A stretch of 63,801 bases of DNA, the filler included, from Reclinomonas americana ATCC 50394 (taxonomy: Eukaryota), in the NCBI GenBank assembly GCA_048213135.1. It is 7 parts of 5 records of this genome, joined end to end, with 100 filler letters (N's around TTAATTAATTAA, not from the genome) between each part and the next. Parts side by side here need not be neighbours in the genome. Positions count along the whole stretch, not along the records: positions 24,836 to 37,982 come from PS015456.1; 6 more parts are not named here. One strand, given 5' to 3'. The notes under the pieces were generated by a model. That model worked only from the letters and a program-made list of their open reading frames with translations, was not told the origin of the DNA and searched no databases. Below are positions 25,109-38,082 of the stretch, piece after piece. The first letter of the stretch is position 1, and the number at the start of each line of letters is the position of its first letter. Both the position numbers and the translations under genes were made by a program.

Positions 25109-28100
25109 TCACACCACGTTGATCACCTTCACCACCGTGGCCGCCGTCGCCGTCGACAACAAATCCCGGAAATTCCAACCTGCGCGGTACATGAACCCTC
25201 GCCTTGAGTAACCACACACCTCCTCGGCCACCGACTGGCGACAAAAAGAAACAGCACCCTCACTCACCAAGGAATGCAAAGAACGCAATCTTCAGGGGCT
25301 CGTTGACCAGAATGTCTGCGACAACAACATGAAGCAACAAGAGGTCAGCAGTGTACCGAATACAAAAGTCGCTCATGTCACCGTCGAACCTTGGGCCTGC
25401 AGTCACAGCGAGACACACTCATTTAGATTCAAGACAAATGCATTGTTGACAAGACAGGCTGTCACTCACCACTGGTGATTTGCAACGAGAAGCAGACATC
25501 GATCGTCATTCGATAGTACATGGAGAAAAGAAGAGAGTGAGGCAACAGCCAACTGCGACACTTGTTGACACACATGCTTATCGTCTCACTCTCGCAACCC
25601 ACAGGCACACACAATTTCATGTTTCTCCGCTATTTCTCTCTCCTCTTGCTCCTCTCCCTTCTTCAACCACTCTTACCTTCACGTATCTCACTACATGTCT
25701 GTCTCCTCTCTCTCACATTGCTTCTTTCTTTCTGCATGCGCCCCTCTTCCTTCGCTTCTGTCACTCTCTCCCCTCCCTTTGCCTCTCCTCCCCTCCGCCC
25801 TCCTCTTCTTCACGCACCACTGTCACACACACGAACAACTCGTCAGCACAAACAGCGAGGAAAGCAGAGAGCAACATCAACACTACCACACCTAATTCCA
25901 CATGCCGACGCAATGAGACCTCCATTGCCCGCCGCCTCCAAGTCCTTCATCACTCTGTACGACGCAAACACCTGTGAGTTCCTCCAAAAGGCGCATGATT
26001 CACGCAACCATAACTCACCTCGACGCCGTGATAAGAGTCATGATAATGAGGAAGGCTCCGGTGAGCCTGCAATAAATTGACAAACTTATCAGTTGAGCTG
26101 TGTTAACTTTACTGGCATTGCAGACCTCCCATCTGTCTCCTATTCTCCTTTCTCTCTCTCTCTCTCTCCCACTCCCCCTCGATCTTACTGTCCACCCTAC
26201 CTTGCATCTGCACGCAATCTCTCTCACACTGCTCTCTTCTCTGCGACTCTCCCCCGCATGCACTCTCCACCCTACTTTCCTCTGAACTCTCACGCAAAGC
26301 ACATAATCCGCAATACCCTTTCCCTCTCGCTTCTCTCTCTCTAAACCAGCTCGCTCTCCACCCCATTACCCTCTACATGCTCACATACTGCCCATTCCTT
26401 GCAACCCAGCCCTCTTCCTCCTCCTGGTCTCTCTCCCTACTTCTATCTCTCCAATCCAAAACGCCATCTTTCCATCCCTCCATCCTCTCTCTCTCTCTCC
26501 TTTCTCTCTCTCTTGCTTCCCCATTCTCCCTCCATATTACTCTCCCTCTCCTCTCGCCTCCTGCCCTCCCCCGGTCCTCCCCTTCTCCGCCTTCACTCAC
26601 CACAAGATCACAAACGTCCACGGCACGAGGGCAAGCGGAAGATCATTGTGCTGCACAGCAATTCCTTAATTCCCCATCAGGACGACAATCTCACTCTACA
26701 ACCATCCCTACCTTCCACCGCATGACAAATCGACGCAGCGCATTGCCGCTCTGCAAATCAACAGCATCCGAAGAACGTGGCACAACTGGAATCATGTCGA
26801 ACTCCGGAAGCGCCTTGGCTGTGAACCCGAGCACAATCCCGTTGAGGACAGACACGAAAATAACGCGGAATGAATGCAAGCAACATCGCCGCCCCACATA
26901 CCACTTGTCGAACACGTGGAGCTCCGCCTGCTCGATGTGCTGCTGTTCTCGTCCCATGCAATGTTTGTGGCTGTGAATCACGCACAATGACATATGGTGA
27001 GTGCAATTGAAGACAAAGTTATCTCGCGCCACATACTTCTCCTCTCCATCTACTGTATTGTATAATTGCCTTCGGCTCACCTCCCTCTCTCTTCTGTTCA
27101 CTCTCCTTCTCTCATTATACATCCCCTTCCCAACTGTTTCCACCTTTCGTCTCTCCATCTGCATCTCCATCTGAATCTACTTTGTCTTTTCCCTCGATCT
27201 CTCATTCTTCGTCGCTTATTCTTCGCAACTCCCTCCCGTTCGAGTCCCNNNNNNNNNNNNNNNNNNNNNNNNNNNNNNNNNNNNNNNNNNNNNNNNNNNN
27301 NNNNNNNNNNNNNNNNNNNNNNNNNNNNNNNNNNNNNNNNNNNNNNNNNNNNNNNNNNNNNNNNNNNNNNNNNNNNNNNNNNNNNNNNNNNNNNNNNNNN
27401 NNNNNNNNNNNNNNNNNNNNNNNNNNNNNNNNNNNNNNNNNNNNNNNNNNNNNNNNNNNNNNNNNNNNNNNNNNNNNNNNNNNNNNNNNNNNNNNNNNNN
27501 NNNNNNNNNNNNNNNNNNNNNNNNNNNNNNNNNNNNNNNNNNNNNNNNNNNNNNNNNNNNNNNNNNNNNNNNNNNNNNNNNNNNNNNNNNNNNNNNNNNN
27601 NNNNNNNNNNNNNNNNNNNNNNNNNNNNNNNNNNNNNNNNNNNNNNNNNNNNNNNNNNNNNNNNNNNNNNNNNNNNNNNNNNNNNNNNNNNNNNNNNNNN
27701 NNNNNNNNNNNNNNNNNNNNNNNNNNNNNNNNNNNNNNNNNNNNNNNNNNNNNNNNNNNNNNNNNNNNNNNNNNNNNNNNNNNNNNNNNNNNNNNNNNNN
27801 NNNNNNNNNNNNNNNNNNNNNNNNNNNNNNNNNNNNNNNNNNNNNNNNNNNNNNNNNNNNNNNNNNNNNNNNNNNNNNNNNNNNNNNNNNNNNNNNNNNN
27901 NNNNNNNNNNNNNNNNNNNNNNNNNNNNNNNNNNNNNNNNNNNNNNNNNNNNNNNACTCCCTCTGAGTTTGTTCCACTTTTTCCCTATTCTTCCTTCACT
28001 TCCAGTTCCCTTTTCCAGACCTCCCTCCCCCGCTTGTTCCTCCCACCTTTCCCCTCATCTTGCAGGTTCATCCAATCCCTTTTCTTTCCCTTCTTCCCTC

Positions 28101-31100
28101 CCGGTCTCCTCACCTTCTCTTCTTGCTTCCCATTCTTTCTCTCTTCTCCCCTTCCCTTCTCCCTCCCTTCCCATCCCTCCCTCTCCCTCCCCCCTCCCTT
28201 CCCCTTCCCCACTCACCCACTGGCAACGTCCCCTTAACCTGCCGCCTCCGACGCCCAGAGTTGCCCAGCGCGCTGATCTGAACGGGATAACTCACTTCAC
28301 CGACCTGCGCGACAAAAAAAGCACTCAGTGACACTCTCCTTTCCCGCCTCCTTCCGCATTCTCACACGCTCTCACATGTCTGTTCTCATCCTCCACCGGC
28401 TCCAGCATCGGCACGATATTGCGCGTTCGCTGTTGGTCGGCTAACAGTGTGCGCACTCGCTGCCACATTGCCGTGCTCTGGACACCACAAGTATCGCTTG
28501 AGATGCAAGCACAAAGCATGGCGACTGCAACAACGACCAAGTACCGAAGCAGACGGTACGGCGGAGACATCTTGTGCACTTGTCGAGTGCGGCGAACGCA
28601 GTGGGGTGTCGCCAGCGTGTGAACTGCATGGGCAAAAAAACGTGAGACACAACCTAAGAAACAACAAGCACGAAAAGTCTTGCCTTTGAGACGAATCAGA
28701 CGCTTGATTGTTTCGTCTACGTGCATACCAAAGGTGAATTAGTCACATCAACATACACATGCGTACTCTTCTTCAACTTTCTATTGCTACCTCGTCTCCT
28801 CCTCTACCACCGCCTGGTTTTCCATCTTGTCATTCTCTTCTTCTTCTTCATCGTCCTTCATTTTCTTCGTTTTCTCCTTCGTTTTTCTTCCTCTTCATCG
28901 TCCTTCTCTTCCGTGTCCTTACCCATTCCTTCTCATCCTCTTCCTCGTCTTTCTTCTTCTGTTGCTTCTTCTCCTTTTTCTCTTTGTCTTCGTCTCTCGT
29001 CTTCTTCATCGTTCTTCTTTCTTAAGATCTTTCTCCTCCTAACTTTACTTCCACGCCTTGTCTCGTATTCTCTTCCCACATATCTGCTCTTCCGCTTCCT
29101 TCTTCTCAGTTTTTCTTCTTCCCCCCTCTTCCTCATCCGCTTTCACATTTGCTTTCGTGTTTACTCTTGTTTTTCCTTTTTCTTCNNNNNNNNNNNNNNN
29201 NNNNNNNNNNNNNNNNNNNNNNNNNNNNNNNNNNNNNNNNNNNNNNNNNNNNNNNNNNNNNNNNNNNNNNNNNNNNNNNNNNNNNNNNNNNNNNNNNNNN
29301 NNNNNNNNNNNNNNNNNNNNNNNNNNNNNNNNNNNNNNNNNNNNNNNNNNNNNNNNNNNNNNNNNNNNNNNNNNNNNNNNNNNNNNNNNNNNNNNNNNNN
29401 NNNNNNNNNNNNNNNNNNNNNNNNNNNNNNNNNNNNNNNNNNNNNNNNNNNNNNNNNNNNNNNNNNNNNNNNNNNNNNNNNNNNNNNNNNNNNNNNNNNN
29501 NNNNNNNNNNNNNNNNNNNNNNNNNNNNNNNNNNNNNNNNNNNNNNNNNNNNNNNNNNNNNNNNNNNNNNNNNNNNNNNNNNAAGCCCCTCCCCTCTTCA
29601 TTCTTCCCTTCCTTTTCGTCTCGCTCGTCTTCTTCTGCTCTTCATCGCTAATCCGCTTCCTTATTATTTCTTTCTCCTCCTTGCTTTTCTTACATGCCTT
29701 TCTCGTCTTCTCCTCTCACGCACCTGCTCTTCCGCTTCTGTCTTCTCAATCCTTCTTCTTCTTCTTCTTCTTGCCTTTCTTCTCCTTCCACATTCTTGTT
29801 CCCAGCACTTTCGTCTTCTTCTTCTCCTGTCTTTACTTGTTCTTCTGCTTCCTTCTTCCTGTTCTCTTACTCCTCCTCAGCCTCCTAACCCCTCCCCTCT
29901 CCATCCTCTTCCACGTCTTCCTTTTTCTTCTCCTGCTTCCTTTCATTTTCATCGGTATCTTCTTCCCCTGCCCTTTACCCGTTCTTTGCTTCCTTCTGCT
30001 TTCTCTTCCTCCTCCCTCGTCCTCCTACGCCTCCTCAGCCTCCTTTCTTCTCTTCGTCTCCTTGCACTCATTTCTCACCTTAATTCTTTAGCATCCTCGT
30101 TCTCTTTCTCCTCTTCTACTCCATCTTCCTTTCCTCCTCCTCCCCGCAATATTCTTTCTTTTCCACCTCGTTCCTTCTCCTTTTACCCTCCTTCCTCCTC
30201 CTTCTCCTTCTCCTTCTCCTTCTTGACCTCCTTCTCCTTCCCCTTCTCCTTCTTGTCCTCCTTCTCCTCTCCACACTCACCCATTCTCATCGACATGAGT
30301 CGAGAAACCAGGCTCCAATGCCAAGTGAGAGCCATCCACATGAACAATGACACCACCACCCGCCTGCGCTCCACCAGCACGCGCCAATGGCCACGGTTCG
30401 GTGCGCTGCAGGCACATTACAAAACAGCGATGAGTGAATCCGCTTGGTGAGTGCATTGATACAAGAGTGAAGCGCAACAGCAACAGGCGGCGACGAGAGG
30501 GCAAGAGCGCTGGAAATAACAGTCAGCAATCACATGGATGGAGCCGCAGCGACAACAGTTGGCACAGCTGACCTTGAAGACACTGACGATGCGCCGGCGT
30601 CCCCGCTGTGTATTGAATTCGTCAGCCAACGACAGCATGCGAGAATGACGCACTCCAGTTACTTACCTCATCACACTGCTCACGTCATCCACGATGCGAT
30701 TCGCAGTCAAGAACGAGGCCAATGTTGAAGCTCTGTCATCATCGTCTACTTGTCGCTGTTGCTGCTCACGCCACAAGCGCACAAAGTCTTCTTCGGAGAC
30801 GGTCGCAGCGGCCGCATCACCGTCAGCCTGTGCGACGGCTGAGTGCCGCCACGACATGAACTCGCGGAGCAACGCCACCAGCGAAAATGAATCGGCACTC
30901 TGCGTCACCTGATGTTCCGCAATTTAGCAACACCAGAACAATCTGCAGACTAACAATGCTCACGGAGCGACCCACCGACACAGTCGGCAATCGGATGTTG
31001 GTCATGTAGTACAACCAGGCTCCAATCACGTCCTGTTGTCGCAACAAGGCAAGCACTCGCACGCGATGGAGGTCCACATTTCGTGCCACCAGCGGCGCCT

Positions 31101-34100
31101 GAGTGCAAGTGTGTCAGCGGTTTGACTGTGCAGAGGAAGGTTGAATACAAGCGGACGCACCTTCATGGCTGTCGAGTCGCCGTCGTCATTGTCATTTTGT
31201 TGGAATTCGGCGACATAGTGGGGCGAGAGTGGCATGATGGAGAGCCATGGGCTCGGTGACGTGGGGCTGCCGGCACTGGGTGGGTGAGGAAAGAGAGAGA
31301 CGCATGAGATGTAAGCCAAAAAACACTCTTCCCTCCGCAATTATTTGTACCTCCATCTCACTCACATATTCATTTTCGTTCTCTTCTCCACTCTCTCTTC
31401 TCCTCGTTCTCCTCTCTTTTCTTAACTTTTATCCTCCTTTTCCCTCTTTGTTTCTCTCCTCCACTTCCTCTTCTCTTCTCCTTTCTCACTCTTCTCGTTC
31501 TGTTATCATCAGTCTGTCGTCTCATCGTTCGCCTCTCTCTCTGTCTCCGTTTCTCTCTCTCTTTCTTCTCCGTTTTCACCTCCTCTTCGTTTACTTCCCC
31601 TTTTACTCTCTTCTCCTCGCTCCCTTCTCTTCCCCTTTCTCACTCTTCCCTTTCTTCCTGTTATCCATTCTCACTTTTCTCCTCGTTCTATTATCCTTTG
31701 TCTGTTTTCCCCTCGTTCTTCTCCGTTCTCTTTACTCTCCTCTCCTCGCTCCCTTCTCTTCTCCTTGCTCCCTTCTTCTTTCTCTCTTCTCCTCATTCTG
31801 TCGCTCTGTTATTCTTTTCTCCAATCTTTCCTTCTCCATTCGTCTTCTAATTCCCATCTCCTTTCTGTCTCTTCTCTGTGGTCTCTCATTCTCTTCACTT
31901 TTCCTCCCCTCTCTTCTCCCTTCTCTTCTCTTCCCTTTTCTTCTCATCCCTCTTCGTCCCTTCTCCTCCTTCACCTTCGTCCTCTTCTCCTCTCTCTTTG
32001 GTCTCTCATTATCTTCATTTTCCCACCCCTCTCTTCTCCCTTCTGTTCTCTTCCCCACTCCTCTCCCCATTCTCTTCTCCTCTCTGTCCCTTCTCCTTTC
32101 TATCCTCTTTTTGGTCTCTCATTCACTTCAGTTTCCCTCCCCCTCTCCCTCTCTTTAACTGCCTTCTCTTCTCTCTTCTCTTCCGTTCTCCTCCTTTATC
32201 TTCGTCCAATCCTCCATGCACTCTTTGCCCTCGTTCCCCAACCTTTACTCTCTCTCTTCTTCCTCCGTCTTTCACTTCCTCTCTCACACCTGTCTCTCTG
32301 TTCTCCTCTCCGTCCTTCTCTCTGCCCCCTTACCCTTCTTCCCCCTTCTCCTTTCCCTCCTTCTCTCTCGTCTCGTCTCCGTCTTTCTCTCTCTTCCCTT
32401 TCCCTTCTTCCCCTTCTCCTCTCTTCGACTCACCTGCTAGTCAGCGCCGTGCGACTCATGCGTACAGACGCAAGCCCACCTCCAACCGAAGGCGGCGCAC
32501 TCACATCACCATTCAACTGCCTGTCGGCCACAAACGCAAGCAGACGAGCACGTGACTCCAGCTGATCACCGGCAGCCGCCGAAGCCGTGGCGGCGGCAGC
32601 ATACTGCGCCAGCCACTGTCGTTGAAACTCATCGGCAGACATCTCCTGCAGTGAGGTTCCGTCGCCCGTCCCCGCGCTGTGCGTCCACTCGAAAAACTCG
32701 CGCTGCAGTGCAGCCAGCGAGTATCCAATGGGGACCTGGCGGATAACATGGGCAGTCGTAGTCAACAATCGGCTTCTTCGTTCCCAAGCCATCGATTTCC
32801 TCTTCCCCAATCCCTTCCTCCTAATTATTCTCCCCATTCCCCTTCCTCCATGTTCTCCCTTCCCTCCCTCCTCCTCTCTCCCCCCTTCCGACGCAACTGC
32901 ACTCTCCCTCCCATGCTGCACGTAACGCAAAAACGCGCCAAACACATCGTTCTTCCGCAATAGAGACATGGCCGTGAGCCAGTGCATGCCAGAACCGCCA
33001 CGCCCACCAAGCCGAGAACCACGCATTGCTGTGGTTGGTGTTGCTGCTGCAGCTGCTGCAGGTGGTGGTGGCGGCAGTGGCCGAGGCAATGACAAATGCC
33101 GGAACTGGGGAGCCGCAAGCAAACCGTGATGTTTCTGCACAAACGCACGCACACAAATAGTCACCATCAGCGGATCTACAGCAACTTGGCCTACATACAT
33201 CAGACATTACCTTGCGAGTCGGTGAGTCCGATCGAGACGACGTGCTGCGATCAGACTCTGCACGCTCCACGTCGGACACGTCATGAACAGCCGGCATGTC
33301 GATTGACGTCACTTCCCCTGACTCCGGTGTGCGCTTCAGTTCGTGCACGTTTGAGGGCATCTCCAGAACCAGGCGCGGTGTGCGTTTGAAGATTTGCGAC
33401 ACGATCCACACCACAGGCGCCATGATTACTCCTGTAGGCAACCATGTGAGACACTTGTATCAACGCGCGTACAGACGCAGTTTCAATGACACTGCTGCTG
33501 TTTCCCTTTTTGCTCACTCGCTCTCATTCTCCTGCATGACAGCTCGACCCATTTCCTGCCACGTCATCTTCTCATTCTCTCTCTCTCTCTCTTTGTATCA
33601 TGCCCCCACTGTAAACCACGATCCATTTCGTTCTCCCACACGCATGCCTTATCTCTCGCCCCACTTCTTCTCGTCCTTTTCGTCTCCAGTCACTACACTC
33701 CCTCACCGTCCTCCCTCACAGTTGATATCCAATTCCTTCTCTTTCCCTTCCACTACTTCCCGTCCTATCCGTCTCCAGTTACTACACTCCCTCTCCGTTC
33801 TCCCACACAGTTGATATCCAATTCCTTCTCCTTCCCTCTCATCATTTCTCTGGTTCTCCCTCTCCACACTTCCTCTCCATTTTCCTTTCCCCTTTTTTCT
33901 TCTTTCTTCCAGTTATTTCTCTTGTTCTCCCTCTCCGTGTATCACTCTCCGTTCCTCCACACACGTCACATCTCCCCGACATCCGCCTCCCCTCCTACTC
34001 TTTCTCGTCATCTTCCTCTATGTATCACGTTCTCTCTCTCCGTTCTCCTTTCCCATTTTTCTTTCTTCCCTTCTATTATTTCTCTTGATCGCCCTCTCCG

Positions 34101-36886
34101 TGTATTATGTTCACACTCCATTCTCCTTTCCCCATTTTCTCTTCTTCCCTCCTATTATTTCTCTATCTCACCCTCCGTGAATCACACTCCCTCTCCGTTC
34201 TCATTTCCCATGCTTCCTTCTTGCCTTCAGTCTTTCCCTTCTTTCCCCTCCCCGCGTATCACTCTCCGTTCCCCCACACACATCTCATGATCATCTCCCC
34301 GACATCCTCCTCCCCTCCTATTCTTTCTCTTCATCTTCCACTATGTATCACGTTCTCCTTTCTCATTCTTCCTTCTTGACCTCAGTGTTTCCCTTATTCT
34401 TCCTCTCAATATATCCCGCTACTTCGCCATTCTCCCACACACAATAGACATCACATTCTTCCTTCTTGCCTCTTGTCCTTCTCTCTCCGTGTACATACAC
34501 CGTCCCACTTTGTTCTTCTACATACACATGTCGTCTCCCATTCTTCCCTCCTTCCTTACCCTTCCTTCCCAATCACTCTCCGGACTCTTCCCGCTCTCCC
34601 CTTTCCCCTTTCCCCTTTCCCTTTCCCCTTTCCCCTTTCCCCTTTCCCGTTCCCCCCTTCCCCTGCCCCCTTCCCCCTTCCCCTTACCCCTTTCCCCTTC
34701 ACGCACCAGATATAACACCAATCAACAACTCACGCAAGAAAGCCGACCCAGCACCGGTGACCGTCGCCTGCTCGGCAAACACCGCATTGCAGTACAGCGC
34801 CAAGCAGACGGCAAACCAAAGCGTCTGTACATGGAATCGTGTGACGACACACTCGGTAATCAAGCGACGGTATGCGAAATCAAACCGTCGTGCGCTGCGT
34901 TCTGCGGAAGCGATCGGCATTGGGACACACAATCGTCGACATCCACGAGTGATTGTCTGTGCAGCGGGTAACAAGTGATCATCAAGACCAGACAGATGTG
35001 ATTTTTCACGACTTGAGACATACCGACGACGGCAGTCCACACATGCACGAGACGCCGTTTCAGCCATCCGCGACTGCGGTTGACTCGAATTACCGCATGA
35101 ACGAGACCTGTAACAGACACACGCGTGATGAGATGCATGAAGAAATGACGTCAAACCACAACTGAAACGCACGTCGGAACCGCGAGATGGCAATGAAATG
35201 CCTCGCCAATGCCAACCGAGAGTCTACATGCACTCTATAAGTGAGCCTGACTACGACCTTCCACAGGAATAAACATCAATATCCAAATGAACCTGCATCA
35301 TGCGGCTGCAGATCGCGTTCTCGCAAATCGGCAGTGGAGAATACTCTACGCGTGTACCTCACAGTAAGAGTCACGGTCATTCAACAAACTGAAACTGCAA
35401 TGCCAGTGCTTACCCGGCGAATTTCACGCCATACGAGACGGCACGCCTCAGCGGCATTCGCAACATGTTGACATGACGGACGAGCTGCTTGTCACTCGCC
35501 TGGTCGAGCTTGTAGCCAATGTATAGCTGTACCAGATAAATGACTTGAATCACTGCGACGAGACGGGGAGGAGTCAGCGACACACTGGATATCTTTGCTG
35601 TGCGTGGCACACGCAGTACGCACAGACGACAATCACAAAGGTCGAACTCCGCAAGAGTTGTCCGGTAAACAGCGACAGCAAGTCGGCCGGACTACGCACA
35701 CAACGTTAGTCTCCACAAAACAGTCAAAGGCAATCATGAAAACAACGAAACGACACGAATGTAAAGTGAATGTCGAAAATGTCGTGCACTGCACCGCAAG
35801 AAAACGGGACGCAAAGTTTAGTGCATCAAGTCAGAGCACTGTTCATCACCACCCTCACTCTCTTTCAATCCATTGTCCTTATGGCTGAAGACAATTCTCT
35901 CTTTCCCCTCCCTCTCTCTCGGTCCGCTGTTGTAAATTCTTGATCTTCTTCTTCTTCTCTTTCTCTTTTCCCTCTCCTTCCTCTCTTTTCTTTCTCGCTT
36001 CTCTTATTCCTTCTTCCTCTCTCTCTTTCCCTCTCCCCATCTCTCCGCTTTGTTTATTCTTTCTTTTTATTCCTATCCATCTCTCTCCTTTCCCTCTCCT
36101 TTCTCTGTCTCTTCCTTCTCTCACACACATACTTCTCCTTCTCTACTCTCTTTCATCTCTCTTCATTCACTCCTTTCCTCTCTCCCTCTATCTCTCTTTC
36201 TCTCTCTTCCTCTGTTCCATTTCCGTCTCCCATTTCTCTTCTCCCTCTCCCATTTCTCTTCTCTTCTTTTCCCTTCTCCCTTCACTCCCTCCCTCCTTCG
36301 GTTACGCACAATTCACGCTGAAATCCGTCATGTGATTGCAGAGACACACAAAGGACACCACATCTCGCGTTCCACTCGCCACTCGAGCATACCTACGCCG
36401 AGTGATTCAATGCAGGCTGAGGGAATACCCCCCGATAAGATCGTACGCAACGTTGAGCACCCGTCAGAGCGCCACGCCGACTGCGTCTCATTCCAGTACA
36501 CGCACAATCGGCTGAACTGGGAAACAACGGCTGTATCGAGAGAATGTAAGTTATTCGACCATACTGCTTCACTGAAGCGCACCAACAACAGGAAATGAAT
36601 GACGCACAATTGAATGTGGTATTTCGTGGGACATATTGATCGCAATCTACGCACGCCACAGCGACTTTGTAAGTCTCGAAGGTGTCACACGATGCGAGAC
36701 ACACACACGCGCACACGCAACGAGAATCATTCAGCGAGACGAGCGTGGTCTCTCCGGTCGGCGATGACGTCGAAGTTGCGGTCGCAGACGATGATCGCAC
36801 ACCGCAGTTATCCAAGTATTCCAGCAAGTCACTCTGCACCACAATTCCATTAGACGTCGATCAATCCACTCTCAGCGCACACTCTT
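25109..36886 (-). CDS. C-terminal half of a giant polycystin-1 (PKD1)-like receptor: GAIN/GPS plus ~5 TM region with a large cytoplasmic loop
   Basis: GPS CVYWNETQSAWRSDGCST|YARVASGTRDVVSFVCLCNHMTDFS (36504-36310). TM1 IQVIYLVQLYIGYKLD. PKD1-type NHSWMSTIVCPNADRFRRTQRTT|TLWFAVCLALYCNAVF, GVIMAPVVWIVSQIFKRT, LVPWTFVILWLTGAFLIIM and DILVNEPLKIAFFAFL. Probable stop at 25109-25111. Several internal exon boundaries are uncertain. Confidence 0.75.
31350..32425. repeat. Long C/T-rich (purine-rich on the sense strand) low-complexity intron with degenerate ~120-bp repeats
   Basis: Near-pure pyrimidine + strand. The block GGTCTCTCATT-CTTCA-TTT-CC-CCCCTCT recurs at ~31880, ~32000 and ~32113. Confidence 0.8.
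33685..34360. repeat. Intronic tandem duplications (~88-bp and ~317-bp periods)
   Basis: CTCCAGT-ACTACACTCCCTC...CAGTTGATATCCAATTCCTTCTC at ~33685 and ~33773; ATCACTCTCCGTT...TCTCCCCGACATCC...TATGTATCACGTTCTC at ~33940 and ~34258. Confidence 0.8.
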
Positions 36887-37246
36887 NNNNNNNNNNNNNN
36901 NNNNNNNNNNNNNNNNNNNNNNNNNNNNNNNNNNNNNNNNNNNNNNNNNNNNNNNNNNNNNNNNNNNNNNNNNNNNNNNNNNNNNNNNNNNNNNNNNNNN
37001 NNNNNNNNNNNNNNNNNNNNNNNNNNNNNNNNNNNNNNNNNNNNNNNNNNNNNNNNNNNNNNNNNNNNNNNNNNNNNNNNNNNNNNNNNNNNNNNNNNNN
37101 NNNNNNNNNNNNNNNNNNNNNNNNNNNNNNNNNNNNNNNNNNNNNNNNNNNNNNNNNNNNNNNNNNNNNNNNNNNNNNNNNNNNNNNNNNNNNNNNNNTG
37201 GCAATTCTTTGTGTATGTTGCTCACCACTGACTGATGACCATATAG

Positions 37247-37762
37247 TGACATATCTACCGTTCTACGTCCACCCGCTCTATGGTTACAAGGTGTGTGTGT
37301 GTGTGTGTCATCCATCCATATTGGAGAGGAGTGCACCCACCGCACTGAATGTCGCTGGGATGATGCAGGTATATGTGGCATCCAGCACGATTCCGATCAT
37401 CAGGAACATAGTATTCCCACTGGCCGGCAACGCCGGTGGCTCCAACCTACTCACTGTTGCGTTTGTTTCTCTCGTCGCCTCATAACACCCTATTCGGCTT
37501 ACAGTGTTTCTCGCGCAGGTTGGAGTGAGCGCTCGCGACACATATGGCGGTGCAGTGGATGTAACCACAACGATTGCTGTCGCGGGGCCCAGCGGCGGCG
37601 CAAGCCTGGCTGCCGATGCATTCTTCCTCCGGTCGAGCATCGCCAAAGCGTTGCTGCTGGATCCTGGGGATTTCAACGATGCCGAACTGGGTTCATCGAT
37701 GGCATTGTTACATGCGGGTGTCACGACGCTCAGCACTGGTGGAGCTGCCAACCTTGTCGCTG
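37247..37762 (+). CDS. REJ-domain exons of the PKD1-like gene on an apparently inverted contig
   Basis: Three + strand exons splice to TYLPFYVHPLYGYK|VYVASSTIPIIRNIVFPLAGNAGGSNLLT|VGVSARDTYGGAVDVTTTIAV, resembling the REJ pattern LP.G...LT+.V...D.+G. Confidence 0.65.
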
Positions 37763-38082
37763 GTGCGGAAAAGGAAGAGGAAGGGAAGGGAAAAGGAAAG
37801 GGGAAGGGAGGGGAAGGGAAAGGGAGAGGGGGAGGGGAGGGGAAGGGAAAGGGAGGAGGGGAGGGAGGAGGGGAAGGGAGGAGGGAGGAGGGGAAGGGAG
37901 GAGGGAGGAGGGAGGAGGGAGGAGGAGGGAGGAGGGAGGAGGGAGGAGGGAGGAGGGAGGAGGGAGGAGGGAGGAGGGAGGANNNNNNNNNNNNNNNNNN
38001 NNNNNNNNNNNNNNNNNNNNNNNNNNTTAATTAATTAANNNNNNNNNNNNNNNNNNNNNNNNNNNNNNNNNNNNNNNNNNNN

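Noticed and set aside
25955..26010. Apparent in-frame TGA TGA suggesting stop-codon reassignment
   Set aside because: A nearby alternative acceptor removes the stops, and all well-resolved genes here read through with the standard code and end in TAA, TAG or TGA.
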